DNA from: Candidatus Woesearchaeota archaeon
Lineage (GTDB): Archaea > Nanobdellota > Nanobdellia > Woesearchaeales > JAGVYU01
Reading direction: 5' to 3'
NCBI GenBank assembly: GCA_043810355.1
Contig: JBDROB010000075.1
Location: 16,565 to 80,564 of the forward strand
Length of the DNA stretch: 64,000 nucleotides
Part shown: in pieces, positions 38,002-48,310 of the stretch
Layout: the number at the start of each line of letters is the position of its first letter
Numbering within the stretch: the first letter of the stretch is position 1
Made by a program: the position numbers and the translations under genes
The notes under the pieces: generated by a model
Told to the model about the DNA's origin: nothing
Database searches by the model: none
What the model saw: only the letters and a program-made list of their open reading frames with translations

Positions 38002-39831
38002 CTATGTATTTTCCTCTCCCTCACCTATAATTGTTCCTTCACCTTCAGTTGCTGTGACCTCTCCACCTTCAGCTGCCACTTGCTGTGCTTGAATCATTTC
38101 CATAAATTTTGCCATATTCGAGCAATCATCAATCTTATTATTTTTTACAATACTGACTACTTGGTTGTTAAACACTTCACTCATCCCATTTGTCAAGAAC
38201 ACAGCTCTTACAAGATTATTATATTGTATAAATGCAGGAGTCCTGCTTGCATCTGGATGGATGTCAAAAACATAATAATCAAAACTGCAGATATCCATTG
38301 AAGAGAACTTAAGTGACATGTCACCAAATTCTTCATTATATTCCCATTCATGCCTGCCGAACTCAAACAATCCTTTCCTGTAAGGATATCCTGGAAGACT
38401 ATCCCCTGGCCTCTCAGTGTTATAATAGGGAAGGACTGTTCCATTCTGTACTGCTCTTTGATATTCTTGATCCTGCCAATTGATAAAGAAGTGGAATCTG
38501 TGGCTGTTCCTCAATATTGCATCCTGGTCATAGATATCTCCATAAAAAAAGTAAACTTTAGAATCAATTGGAGTATTGTCTGATATCCATGTTATTGCTT
38601 CCCAATGATATGGGTCAATTGCGCTGAACTGGCTAGGTTTGTCATAATAGGCATATATGATGCTAAGCAACAGCACTAAACTTATAATCACACTATACAT
38701 TGTTTTCCATTTGATTTTTGCAAGGCTCTTGACCAATATAATAAGATAATAAACAGCAATCCCAAAAAACACTGCTAAAAATATTGGAAAAAAGAATCTT
38801 GATTGGAATGCTTTCCTGAATCCTATGAAATTAAAACTTCCCATCATAAATCCGAAGAATCCAAATAATAATGCATAATCAATTCCTTTCTTGTCAATCA
38901 GCTTCTTCACCAATATAATTCCAGAGACCACCATCCCAATTATCACAATTATTGAGATCAATTTAAACTGCTGAAAGATTGTGGAATATGTGACATTATT
39001 GTATATTGGATTTCCAACTCCCACAAACCTTAGGAATCCATTTGGAAAAAACCCTGTCCCTCCATTTGATCCTTGTTGAATATCACCAACTACATAAAGA
39101 AGAACAAATATTATTGAATAATAGATTGGCAAGACTACACCAACTGCTCCTCCAATAATTATATTTTTTATATCCTTTAGTTTCAGTCTGTGATAGATGA
39201 ACTTAATGGCAACAAATGCGCCGACTATCCCAACAATATAGAAATATTCTATTCCATGTGCAATCATTGTGACTCCCCAGAAAATTCCAAAAAATATCCA
39301 GCTCTTTTTCAGTTCTATTCTTGAGAAAAACCATAATACTCCTATGACAAAAAGGTTTGTTATGAAAAATGGCCTTGACCCAAACCTTATTCCAATAAAG
39401 AATGGATCAATGAACACTAACAGCATCAATGGAAGGGAGAGCAGGGCCACATTCGTGTTATATTCCCTAATGATCACATAAATGAACAGGCAGCTGATAA
39501 TAGTGATTATGATTGTTACAAAGAATATCACATCATACACTTCTAATCCTGAAGCAATTGAAAATGCAGCACTTATATAATATAGTCCTGGAGGATAGAA
39601 ACCTACTACATCATGATATCCAGTTGAGCCATAGAATGGATTGAACTTATAGCTTCCCTCTTCTTTGACCCAGTCTGTCTTTGGCAGATGTTGGAATGCG
39701 TCTGATGCAAAGTCTCCATGAGGATAGTCATGCCTGAGGCTATTGTCATAGAGTGCAAACCCTACCCACATCATCACTAGAACAAATACTACAAGATAGA
39801 TTTTCTCAATATTAATCTTAAATTCTTCCAT
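38002..39831 (-). CDS. GT-C-like membrane protein with a C-terminal soluble domain (putative glycosyltransferase).
   Basis: 'DYPHGDFASDAFQHL...FYPPGLYYISAAFSIASGLEVYDVIFFVTIIITIISCLFIYVIIREY' ArnT-like. Confidence 0.5.
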   Translation of the reverse strand: MEEFKINIEKIYLVVFVLVMMWVGFALYDNSLRHDYPHGDFASDAFQHLPKTDWVKEEGSYKFNPFYGSTGYHDVVGFYPPGLYYISAAFSIASGLEVYDVIFFVTIIITIISCLFIYVIIREYNTNVALLSLPLMLLVFIDPFFIGIRFGSRPFFITNLFVIGVLWFFSRIELKKSWIFFGIFWGVTMIAHGIEYFYIVGIVGAFVAIKFIYHRLKLKDIKNIIIGGAVGVVLPIYYSIIFVLLYVVGDIQQGSNGGTGFFPNGFLRFVGVGNPIYNNVTYSTIFQQFKLISIIVIIGMVVSGIILVKKLIDKKGIDYALLFGFFGFMMGSFNFIGFRKAFQSRFFFPIFLAVFFGIAVYYLIILVKSLAKIKWKTMYSVIISLVLLLSIIYAYYDKPSQFSAIDPYHWEAITWISDNTPIDSKVYFFYGDIYDQDAILRNSHRFHFFINWQDQEYQRAVQNGTVLPYYNTERPGDSLPGYPYRKGLFEFGRHEWEYNEEFGDMSLKFSSMDICSFDYYVFDIHPDASRTPAFIQYNNLVRAVFLTNGMSEVFNNQVVSIVKNNKIDDCSNMAKFMEMIQAQQVAAEGGEVTATEGEGTIIGEGEENT

Positions 39832-39863
39832 TTTTTATTTTTTTTAACTTTTTTTCTTTTTTA

Positions 39864-39960
39864 ATATTCATTTTTTGGTTTCAAATGAATGTTATCTAAT
39901 CCCGAATTCACTCAATCTTAGAATCAATTGAATTCGTTACTCTTTAATATTTTTTTTACT
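39864..39960. other. Poly-T/A-rich spacer containing an 8-bp inverted repeat (cgaattca N17 tgaattcg).
   Basis: Direct reading. Lies between two minus-strand genes. Confidence 0.35.
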
Positions 39961-39977
39961 TTTATGTCTTTTCTTTT

Positions 39978-42311
39978 TTATTCTTTTTTCTCTTTTTTAA
40001 CAAATAATAGGTAAACTAAAACTCCAATTATTAAAATTATTGTAATTATAGTGATCAATCTCCCTGTTTTATATGATTGAGGCATATAACTGAATATTGC
40101 ATCTCCAGGTTCATCAATGAAAATAGCAGTTATCATGCTGTCTGCATTCAATAGCTCTTTCTCTTTGCCATTTACTGTTGCCTTCCACCCAGGAAATATT
40201 GAATATTTCTCACTCAAAACCAAAAACTTCCCTTCACCATCATTTAATCTGATCTCTTTATGATCAAAGTCATGAGTTATCACATCGCTATCTTCAATAG
40301 CAACAGGATCTAGATCTGTCTCAAATATTTTCTTTATGCCTTCATTTGTTATCTGGTTTTCATCATTGAATATATCAGGTACAACTATTCCTCCTTTGTC
40401 ATGAAACTCTCTCAATATATTGATCTCACTTTCCTCAAGAGTGCTCTTTGCAATTATCATACCAGATATTTTTTTCAGATCATTCTCAATTAATTTTTTA
40501 TTATCACTCTCTTTAGTGATTAATACTGTTTTTCTTGGATTAAACTCTTCTCCAACCAATAATCTTGGCATGATTTTATCAATATTTTCTTTATCACCAA
40601 ATAAAAGGATTGCATGCTCTGTCAAAAAAGCCCTTGGAACCACTTCCTTGTTCTCATAAACATAAGGTCCCCATCCTTTATTGATATTAGGTTCATCACT
40701 TTTACATTCATCACAATCAGAAGCCTTTTTCACCAATTCAAACCCACTTATATTCAGTTCTGTCATTGATGTAATATACTTTAAATTCAGGATCCCCCAT
40801 AATTTAGAAGGATTTTCATTTGCATATCCTAGATAATAGTTAAAATAAGGAATATACCATGCTGTCTCATATCCATAGATTCCCTCAATCCCTAATGGGA
40901 CAGTATAGAACTGGGTGTCCCAGTCTATTCCCGTTGTCTCCCAGAAATTCATCCTATAGATTCCTTCTTTTGAAGCAATCTCATTGATAGCATCATTGCT
41001 TTCAATTGCATCATAGACATCAAGGTTGATTTTGTTGAATGGTGAATAACCAAATACAGCTAGATCAAGGAATATCAGCATAAAAACAAATATATACAAT
41101 CCAACTTTCTTATTTCTATTGACTTTTTTCAATATTCTCTCAAATAATACAAATGCACCTATCCCTGCAAGTGCAGAGGCACCAAATGCAAACATCGACA
41201 ATATCCTTTCCAAATACCTGAAACTGTCAAATGGAGGGATATACTTCCATAATAAATAGAACAGGAATGATCCAGATGCCAATAATAATGACATGATTAA
41301 AACTATCAGAAAAAAGATTGTAATCTTGTTCCTGAACTTAAACACAATTGCCAGCAGCGCAAGCAGTGCTGCAAATATTCCTATATGTTCAGAAGTCTTG
41401 AATTCATGTACTTTAGGCACTCTTACAGGCTCAATCAATCTTGAAAAAAACTCAGAGACAGGAACCTTCCTTCCAGATGATTCCTCATATTTCAGATCTA
41501 CTCTTGAGCTCATCTCAAGATACTCCTTCTCAGGTAAGATCTTTTGTGCAGACAACCCACCTATTATCAATCCCACTATAATAACATTAATTGTGATCAT
41601 TTTCCATTTGTTCTTGAGATTCAAAGTAAGAATCATCGCATTATATATTAAAAATATCAAGAATGTGAAAAGAAAGACCTTTAGGTCAGGCCCTACTCTT
41701 ATTTGGATTGCAAAAATCAAGCCAGTAATAATTGACAATAGCAGCCATTTCCTTGATTTCAATGTCATTACAGCAAACAGCATTGCAAGTGGAACAAATG
41801 CATAAGCATTGAGTGTCATCAGATTAGTATTGTAAAAATATTTTATTGCATATCCGTTGAACATATAGACAAATGCAGAGATGAATGCATACTCTGGTTT
41901 TAGTTTGATAGAAATCATGAAAAGATACATGAATAGTCCTGCCAATATTATGTCAATCACAAAATTCAGCTTTAATGCTGTGACAGTATTAAAAAAAATC
42001 AGCAGATATCCGATAGGCTGGTCAAATCCAAAAGAGATTGCCTGTGCATAATATGGAGTTCCGCTCATGAAATATGGGTTCCATAATGGATTATAATCAT
42101 TATATTCCTCAAAAGAATGCCTGAGCACCTCTGATCTTGCAAAACCATATGTCAGCATGTCCCTGACAGGAATATTGTCACTTAATAAGAAATTTAAATA
42201 AAAGATTGATGGGATAAGGATTACTAAAATCCCAAAAAATATCACCTTTTTATTTTTTGCATCCATTTTAAATAAATTGTCAGGAATTTTCCACAAGCAT
42301 CTGGAATTCAA
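39978..42311 (-). CDS. Large polytopic membrane protein (YfhO-like / GT-C-like) with a large extracytoplasmic C-terminal domain.
   Basis: At least 12 TM segments in the N-terminal 430 aa. A soluble 330-aa domain follows. Confidence 0.45.
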   Translation of the reverse strand: MNSRCLWKIPDNLFKMDAKNKKVIFFGILVILIPSIFYLNFLLSDNIPVRDMLTYGFARSEVLRHSFEEYNDYNPLWNPYFMSGTPYYAQAISFGFDQPIGYLLIFFNTVTALKLNFVIDIILAGLFMYLFMISIKLKPEYAFISAFVYMFNGYAIKYFYNTNLMTLNAYAFVPLAMLFAVMTLKSRKWLLLSIITGLIFAIQIRVGPDLKVFLFTFLIFLIYNAMILTLNLKNKWKMITINVIIVGLIIGGLSAQKILPEKEYLEMSSRVDLKYEESSGRKVPVSEFFSRLIEPVRVPKVHEFKTSEHIGIFAALLALLAIVFKFRNKITIFFLIVLIMSLLLASGSFLFYLLWKYIPPFDSFRYLERILSMFAFGASALAGIGAFVLFERILKKVNRNKKVGLYIFVFMLIFLDLAVFGYSPFNKINLDVYDAIESNDAINEIASKEGIYRMNFWETTGIDWDTQFYTVPLGIEGIYGYETAWYIPYFNYYLGYANENPSKLWGILNLKYITSMTELNISGFELVKKASDCDECKSDEPNINKGWGPYVYENKEVVPRAFLTEHAILLFGDKENIDKIMPRLLVGEEFNPRKTVLITKESDNKKLIENDLKKISGMIIAKSTLEESEINILREFHDKGGIVVPDIFNDENQITNEGIKKIFETDLDPVAIEDSDVITHDFDHKEIRLNDGEGKFLVLSEKYSIFPGWKATVNGKEKELLNADSMITAIFIDEPGDAIFSYMPQSYKTGRLITIITIILIIGVLVYLLFVKKEKKE

Positions 42312-43066
42312 TCCTGCTTTTTCTCAGCAACACATAAGATACTTAATCCAAATCCAAAATTAATATTATTTTCAACATTTTTAAACCAGATATTCAGCAT
42401 ATTATTCAAAAAACTTGTTTTATCACTTCGAAATCCTGCTTTCAATGACCTCTTCATTATCTTCTCACTGATCAGATAAGGGAAAAATCCCATCATATTC
42501 CAATATCTCATTCTTTTTATATTAAAACCATTTTTCAATAATATTTTCCTAAGCATCTTGGATGTATATCTTCTTTTGTGCCCAGCCAAAATATCTCTTT
42601 TGCCGTATAAGAACCTGAAGCATGGAACAACTATGATCAATTGGCCTTTCTCATTGATTATATTTCCCAAATCTGAAACAACCTTATAATCATCTTCAAT
42701 ATGTTCTAGTACATCAATCATTACAGCAGAATCAACATTTTCTTTCAATAACTTACCTATATTCTCAGCTGATTCATTATATATTTCTGAATCAGGATTG
42801 ATTGCTCTGGCATGATCTGCAGAATCTTTGTCAATTTCCAGTCCAAATGTTTTCATCCCCCTTTTATTCAATAGCCTTATCAGGTATCCTCCTCCACAAC
42901 CAATATCCAGCACACTTTTCCCTTTTATGTTTTTCATAATAAGATTAAACAGGTTATAATCCCTGAAATCATTTTTAATATATTCATCTTTAAAATTATC
43001 ATAGGAAAAACTGCATCTCTTGCAAAACTTGCCTTGCATTGGTTGCCCGCATACAGCACATTTCAT
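42308..43066 (-). CDS. Class I SAM-dependent methyltransferase with an N-terminal zinc ribbon.
   Basis: 'CAVCGQPMQGKFCKRCSF'. Motif I 'VLDIGCGGGYLIRLL'. Confidence 0.7.
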   Translation of the reverse strand: MKCAVCGQPMQGKFCKRCSFSYDNFKDEYIKNDFRDYNLFNLIMKNIKGKSVLDIGCGGGYLIRLLNKRGMKTFGLEIDKDSADHARAINPDSEIYNESAENIGKLLKENVDSAVMIDVLEHIEDDYKVVSDLGNIINEKGQLIIVVPCFRFLYGKRDILAGHKRRYTSKMLRKILLKNGFNIKRMRYWNMMGFFPYLISEKIMKRSLKAGFRSDKTSFLNNMLNIWFKNVENNINFGFGLSILCVAEKKQD

Positions 43067-43153
43067 TTTATAACCCTCAAATATTTCCCCCCATTGTAAT
43101 CAGTTATTTCAACTTATTTAAATATTACCCTAGAGGAATACTCTATTATACCA

Positions 43154-44164
43154 TTATCTGATCTTCCTTAAGATAGGGATTGCAAAAACACAGAGTATTA
43201 GCACAAATATATACATGATTATATGTACAGAAAATCCAGATATTATTGCTTGTTCTTTTCCAATTCCAAGGGCAATCATCGCTATTGCCCAAGCACCTTC
43301 AGATGTCCCAAATCCGCCAAAAGAGTGGATCGGCAGGATGCTTGCCCACATAAGGAATATGAATGCTATCATTATTATCCATATATTTATTTGTATATTA
43401 AGGCTCAATATCATAAAATAAAATGAAGTCAAGAAACTGGCCCATATCAATATAGAATAGATGATGACCTGCACTATCTTTTTCCTTGATTTGATATTTT
43501 TTATTTCTTCAATAACCTCTTTTATTTTTATCAAAAAAAACCCTATTATCCTGTAATGTCCTATTTTCAGCAGTTCACAAAGCCTTAAAACAATCTTGTA
43601 TATATTGTATCTTGTAAATATCAAAATAAATAATATCATAATCATTAACAGCAGAAATATTGACATTATTTTCAGAATACTGGACATTATGCTTGGTATT
43701 TCTCCAATATTCAATAGTGCTATTGAAAAAATTATCAATGACACAGTAAAATCCATCACCCTGCCTATGATGAGTGCTGAGATTGATTGAGCACTTTTGA
43801 CATTGCCTATTCTTTTTGTAAAATACACAAAACTGAGCTCACCAAGCCTTGCTGGTATCAGATTATTCAATAGTGCATGCATTGACACAATCTTGAATAG
43901 TTTGTTCGCATTAATTCTGTCATTCAGCAATGCCTTAAACCTTAATGTTCTGAAAAGATAGGTTATTGCATATAGCACAAATCCTACAAAAAGCAGTTGT
44001 ATGTCAGCATTTTTCAATGTTTCAAACAGGCTCTTAAACGTTATCTGTGACAGCAATAACCAGATCAAACCTAATGCAATCACCCCAAAAATAACATTTT
44101 TAATAATTTTTTTTTTGTTCATATTGGAAAATATAATGTTTTTGACATAAACAGGAGAGGGCAT
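43154..44164 (-). CDS. Flippase-like UPF0104-family membrane protein (second copy).
   Basis: 'FKSLFETLKNADIQLLFVGFVLYAITYLFRTLRFKALL' as in ORF 12660. Confidence 0.55.
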   Translation of the reverse strand: MPSPVYVKNIIFSNMNKKKIIKNVIFGVIALGLIWLLLSQITFKSLFETLKNADIQLLFVGFVLYAITYLFRTLRFKALLNDRINANKLFKIVSMHALLNNLIPARLGELSFVYFTKRIGNVKSAQSISALIIGRVMDFTVSLIIFSIALLNIGEIPSIMSSILKIMSIFLLLMIMILFILIFTRYNIYKIVLRLCELLKIGHYRIIGFFLIKIKEVIEEIKNIKSRKKIVQVIIYSILIWASFLTSFYFMILSLNIQINIWIIMIAFIFLMWASILPIHSFGGFGTSEGAWAIAMIALGIGKEQAIISGFSVHIIMYIFVLILCVFAIPILRKIR

Positions 44165-44199
44165 AAATATTTAAATACTTATGTTTTCTTTATGGTAAG

Positions 44200-45186
44200 A
44201 TGAAAATACTGGTTACTGGGGGAGCTGGCCTTATTGGCCATAATGTTTGCAGAAAACTTCTTGAAAAAGACCATATTGTTGTATGTATTGATAACCTAAG
44301 TGATAATTATGGTCAGGATCTGAAGCAGTCAAATATCAACAGCCTCAAAACATCATTCCAAGATTCTTTTATCTTTTATAATGCAGATATCACAGATATA
44401 GATGAGATAAAAAAGATATTTTCTCTTGAAAATATTGAGAAGATTATCCATTTGGCTGCAATGGCAGGTGTCAGGCCTTCAATAGAAAAGCCAATATTAT
44501 ATACAAATGTTAATATCATTGGGCTTCAGAACTTGCTCGAGATTGCCAGAAAATATAATATCAAGAAATTTGTGTCAGCATCATCCTCTTCTGTTTATGG
44601 GGATAGGGAAGAGACCCCGTTTAAGGAGTCAGATAACACAGACTATCCAATATCTCCTTATGCAGCTACAAAGAAAGCAGGTGAAGTCCTCTGCTACACA
44701 TATCATAATCTCTTTGATATAAACATGGTATGTCTTAGGTTTTTCACAGTCTATGGGCCTGGAGGCAGGCCTGATATGGCTATATTCAAGTTCACAAGGC
44801 TTATAGATGAGCAGAGGCCTATTACAGTTTTTGGAGATGGATCTTCAAAACGTGATTATACTTTTGTCAATGATGTGACAGATGGCATTATCTCAGCATT
44901 AGATGCTGACCTTAAGTTTGAGATTATCAATTTAGGGGACAATAATCCTGTCCAGCTTAATTATCTGATTGCATTGATTGAGAAGAATATTGGGAAAAAG
45001 GCTATAATCAATAGGATGGCAATGAATCCAGGTGATGTGACAATAACCTGCGCAGATATAAGTAAGGCAAAAAAATTGTTGAATTATAGTCCTAAGATAA
45101 ATATTGATGATGGTATAAGGATTTTTGTTGAGTGGTACAAGAATTACACAACCTCAAAAAATAATGATAAACCTTTTCAAAATTGA
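44200..45186 (+). CDS. NAD-dependent nucleotide-sugar epimerase (UDP-glucuronate/UDP-GlcNAc 4-epimerase-like).
   Basis: 'ILVTGGAGLIGHNVCRKL'. 'YAATKKAGEVL'. 'FFTVYGPGGRPDMA'. Confidence 0.8.
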   Translation: MKILVTGGAGLIGHNVCRKLLEKDHIVVCIDNLSDNYGQDLKQSNINSLKTSFQDSFIFYNADITDIDEIKKIFSLENIEKIIHLAAMAGVRPSIEKPILYTNVNIIGLQNLLEIARKYNIKKFVSASSSSVYGDREETPFKESDNTDYPISPYAATKKAGEVLCYTYHNLFDINMVCLRFFTVYGPGGRPDMAIFKFTRLIDEQRPITVFGDGSSKRDYTFVNDVTDGIISALDADLKFEIINLGDNNPVQLNYLIALIEKNIGKKAIINRMAMNPGDVTITCADISKAKKLLNYSPKINIDDGIRIFVEWYKNYTTSKNNDKPFQN

Positions 45187-45197
45187 GAATAACATTC

Positions 45198-46127
45198 CTA
45201 CAACACTTTTTCAATATAATAACTCTTCCTATTTCCGCCATAATATGTTTTGATCAGAATATCTGCCAATAATCCTAATATTATCAGCTGGAATCCAAGT
45301 ATCATGAACAATACCCCTAACAGCAGCAATGGCCTGTTTGTGAGTGATTCATTGAAAAAGAATTTTCTGAAAGTTAGATACAGATTGACCAGAAACCCAA
45401 ATAAGAATGATAATATGCCTAATCCCCCAAAAAGGTGCATTGGCCTTGTTGAATACTGCATCCAGAATTTGATGACCAAAAGATCAAGAAATCCTTTCAA
45501 GACCCTTACAAAATTGTATTTTGTCTTGCCATATTTTCTACCCCTATGATTCACTTTTACCTCTCCAATCTTATATCCCTTCCACATCAATAAAAGGGGT
45601 ATAAATCTGTGCATCTCTCCGAAAAGGTTGATATCAACAAGGCATTCTTTTTTATATGCTTTTAATGAGCATCCAGAATCATGGATCTTCTCACCCGTGA
45701 TAGCTTTTCTGAATACATTAGCAATCTTAGATATGATTTTTTTTAAAAAACTGTCTATTCTATTATGCCTCCATCCGCTTACAACATCATATCCCTGTCC
45801 CATTTTCTCAAGCAGGTTTGGGATATCATGTGGATCATTCTGGAGATCTCCGTCCATCTCAATTATCACTTTTCCTTGAGCAAGACTAAACCCTGCATCC
45901 AATGCAGATGTCTGTCCAAAATTCTTCCTGAACTTGATGATCCTTAAATGCTTGTTCTTCTCCATGATTTTGGTCATAAAAAAGAAAGATCTGTCTTTGC
46001 TCCCATCATCAATAAGGATTATCTCAAATTTGTCAGTTATCCCTTTAAGGACATCTGTGATTTCATCTACTAGAAACTTGATATTCTTTTCTTCATTAAA
46101 TATTGGTATTACAACACTTATGTCCAT
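45198..46127 (-). CDS. GT2 glycosyltransferase (Dpm1-like) with C-terminal TM helices.
   Basis: 'ISVVIPIFNEEKNIKFLVDEI...ILIDDGSKDRS...EMDGDLQND'. Confidence 0.8.
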   Translation of the reverse strand: MDISVVIPIFNEEKNIKFLVDEITDVLKGITDKFEIILIDDGSKDRSFFFMTKIMEKNKHLRIIKFRKNFGQTSALDAGFSLAQGKVIIEMDGDLQNDPHDIPNLLEKMGQGYDVVSGWRHNRIDSFLKKIISKIANVFRKAITGEKIHDSGCSLKAYKKECLVDINLFGEMHRFIPLLLMWKGYKIGEVKVNHRGRKYGKTKYNFVRVLKGFLDLLVIKFWMQYSTRPMHLFGGLGILSFLFGFLVNLYLTFRKFFFNESLTNRPLLLLGVLFMILGFQLIILGLLADILIKTYYGGNRKSYYIEKVL

Positions 46128-46236
46128 TTTATTAGTTTGTCAAGAATGAAATTGTATTTAAAAATATGTGGGTCGATATGTTATATATTTAAGAAATTTA
46201 TATAAAATAAATGTTTATATCTCTTAAAATATATTA

Positions 46237-46761
46237 TTATCTCTTCTCACTCTCATCATTATAAATATCTAGAATCTTGTCAATAAACTTTGTTGTGGAA
46301 AACCCTTCTATAAATTTGGCAATATGGATCCTTCCGCCATTTTTTTTCACAATTGGTGCTTCAACACAGTCTTCTCCATAATCACTGCCATTTACATGGA
46401 TATGTGGTTTTAGATTGTCAAGGAATGGCATGCACTCTGGCTCATCATATATCTCAATATAATCAACACTGTCAAGTGCTGCAAGCATCTCTGCTCTTGC
46501 CCAGGCAGGATTTATCGGTCTTTTATGCCAGTTTGGATTATTTACAAATTTCTTCCATTCTCTTACAGACTCATCGCTGTTCAGGCCTAGAATCAGGACG
46601 TCCCCTTGTTTTCTGGCCTCTTGGAGCATTTTGATATGCCCAATATGGAGTATATCATAACTTCCATTGATAGAAACTATTGTCTTGCCCTGGTTTCTTA
46701 ATTCATCAGCAATCTGCCTGATATCTTCTCTTGTTTTTACTTTTGGACTTGTAATTTTCAT
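46237..46761 (-). CDS. D-glycero-beta-D-manno-heptose 1-phosphate adenylyltransferase (HldE/RfaE domain II-like cytidylyltransferase-fold enzyme), encoded as a stand-alone protein.
   Basis: 'VSINGSYDILHIGHIKMLQEARKQGDVLILGLNSDESV' has the (T/H)xGH nucleotidyltransferase motif and strong similarity to RfaE domain II. Confidence 0.7.
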   Translation of the reverse strand: MKITSPKVKTREDIRQIADELRNQGKTIVSINGSYDILHIGHIKMLQEARKQGDVLILGLNSDESVREWKKFVNNPNWHKRPINPAWARAEMLAALDSVDYIEIYDEPECMPFLDNLKPHIHVNGSDYGEDCVEAPIVKKNGGRIHIAKFIEGFSTTKFIDKILDIYNDESEKR

Positions 46762-47657
46762 TAGATCGCCTTCATTATCATTTTGTATAGGCTAGGGATT
46801 GTCTTTTCATGCCTTTCAATAATAACAAATCCCTTTCCTCCTAAAGCGCTTACAGGTCTTTCCACAACATTTAATCTTGGCCTGTAATGGTCAATCATAT
46901 CTAAATTTGCAGTTGTGATATCACCTATATCATATCCTAGATTTCTTACAATTGTGATTGCTTTTAAAAATGTTTCTGGTAATATTACTGCACTTCCAAT
47001 ATTGACTATCACTCCTTTGTCAGCTTTGCTAAGGGTATCTGCAAATTTCTTAAAGTCAATATATGTTGCTTTTCCAAGGCTGCTTCCATCACATTTTGGA
47101 TTCATATGGATTGTGTCATTCCCTATTGCAACATGGACTGTTGCAGGTATCCCAAGCTTATAGGCCTGATACAGCACACTCTTCTCCTTATTCTTTCCAT
47201 TTAATTCATCAATTTTCTTGCCAATTGCATGTCCATACCCGTTTCCTGAGCCTGCACCTTCTTTGATTGCGCTATTCATCATCTCTCCTGTCTCTTTGAC
47301 CATTCCAAATGTGCCATTCTTGATTCCAGCTTCAACATCCTCGCTTGTCTCTCCATATGTTGCAATCTCAAAATCATGTATGCTTGTTGCTCCATTCATC
47401 ACAATATGGTTTATCACTCCTTTTTTCATCAGATCTACAATATAGGCGCTCATTCCTGTCTTGACAACATGACCGCCTATCATGAATATTATCTGTTTGT
47501 TTTTATTGTATGCCTCGATTATTCTTTCTGCAAGCTCTCTTAGATCCTCATTCTCAATTATCTTGAATGGGTCATCTGGGTTTGGAAACCTAGTTAATGC
47601 CTCTTTATGTTCCCTGTCTGCAATGCTTATTGTCTTGATTTTTGAAAAGTCTATCAT
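46761..47657 (-). CDS. Deoxyhypusine synthase-family protein.
   Basis: Collinear with the DHS blocks: 'GGHVVKTGMSAYIVDLMKKGVINHIVMNGATSIHDFE', 'IATYGETS...NGTFG', 'IPATVHVAIGNDTIHMNP', 'GVIVNIGSAVILPE', 'ERPVSALGGKGF'. Confidence 0.55.
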   Translation of the reverse strand: MIDFSKIKTISIADREHKEALTRFPNPDDPFKIIENEDLRELAERIIEAYNKNKQIIFMIGGHVVKTGMSAYIVDLMKKGVINHIVMNGATSIHDFEIATYGETSEDVEAGIKNGTFGMVKETGEMMNSAIKEGAGSGNGYGHAIGKKIDELNGKNKEKSVLYQAYKLGIPATVHVAIGNDTIHMNPKCDGSSLGKATYIDFKKFADTLSKADKGVIVNIGSAVILPETFLKAITIVRNLGYDIGDITTANLDMIDHYRPRLNVVERPVSALGGKGFVIIERHEKTIPSLYKMIMKAI

Positions 47658-47666
47658 TTTAACAAC

Positions 47667-48248
47667 TCAATTGTTTAGTAGTATCCAATCTGCTGCCTTG
47701 TCAAGGTTTTTTGCAATAAATGTTGGTTTTACTTCATAATGGCCATCTTTCCCTTTTTCCCCTGATTCAGTCAATAAAAGTATTGTCCTGCATCCTATAC
47801 TCTCGCCTGTCTTGATATCAGCTGTCTTATCTCCTACAAAATAACTCTTTTCAATATCAATCTTAATCCCTTTATCAACCATATCTTTTATAGCGTTTTG
47901 TATCATACCATTCTTTGGTTTTCTGCAGTCACAATCAACCCTGTATATATCTTTGCCTTCAGGATGATGAGGGCAGTGATAAACTCCATCTAATAGAATA
48001 TTATTTTTTTTAAGTTCTTCTAGCATCAATCCAGTAAATTTATTATAATCTTCTTCAGTATAATACCCTTTTCCTATTCCAGATTGGTTTGTTATAACAA
48101 TTAATAGATAATTTTTTGATTGTAGTTTCTGGAGACCTTTAATCACTCCTTCTTCAAATCGGAATTTCATGAGCTCATATGTGAATCCATAATCTATATT
48201 GATTGTTCCATCCCTGTCTAAAAAAACAGCTTTTTTGATTATTGCCAT
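47667..48248 (-). CDS. gmhB: D,D-heptose 1,7-bisphosphate phosphatase (GmhB, HAD superfamily).
   Basis: 'AVFLDRDGTIN' motif I. 'ITNQSGIGKGYY'. Zn-binding 'CPHHP...CDCRKP'. Confidence 0.75.
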   Translation of the reverse strand: MAIIKKAVFLDRDGTINIDYGFTYELMKFRFEEGVIKGLQKLQSKNYLLIVITNQSGIGKGYYTEEDYNKFTGLMLEELKKNNILLDGVYHCPHHPEGKDIYRVDCDCRKPKNGMIQNAIKDMVDKGIKIDIEKSYFVGDKTADIKTGESIGCRTILLLTESGEKGKDGHYEVKPTFIAKNLDKAADWILLNN

Positions 48249-48310
48249 TATTGTAATTTATGGTTATTTATAATTATTTAAACATTTCTTATATCCAACA
48301 CTATTGTTGA

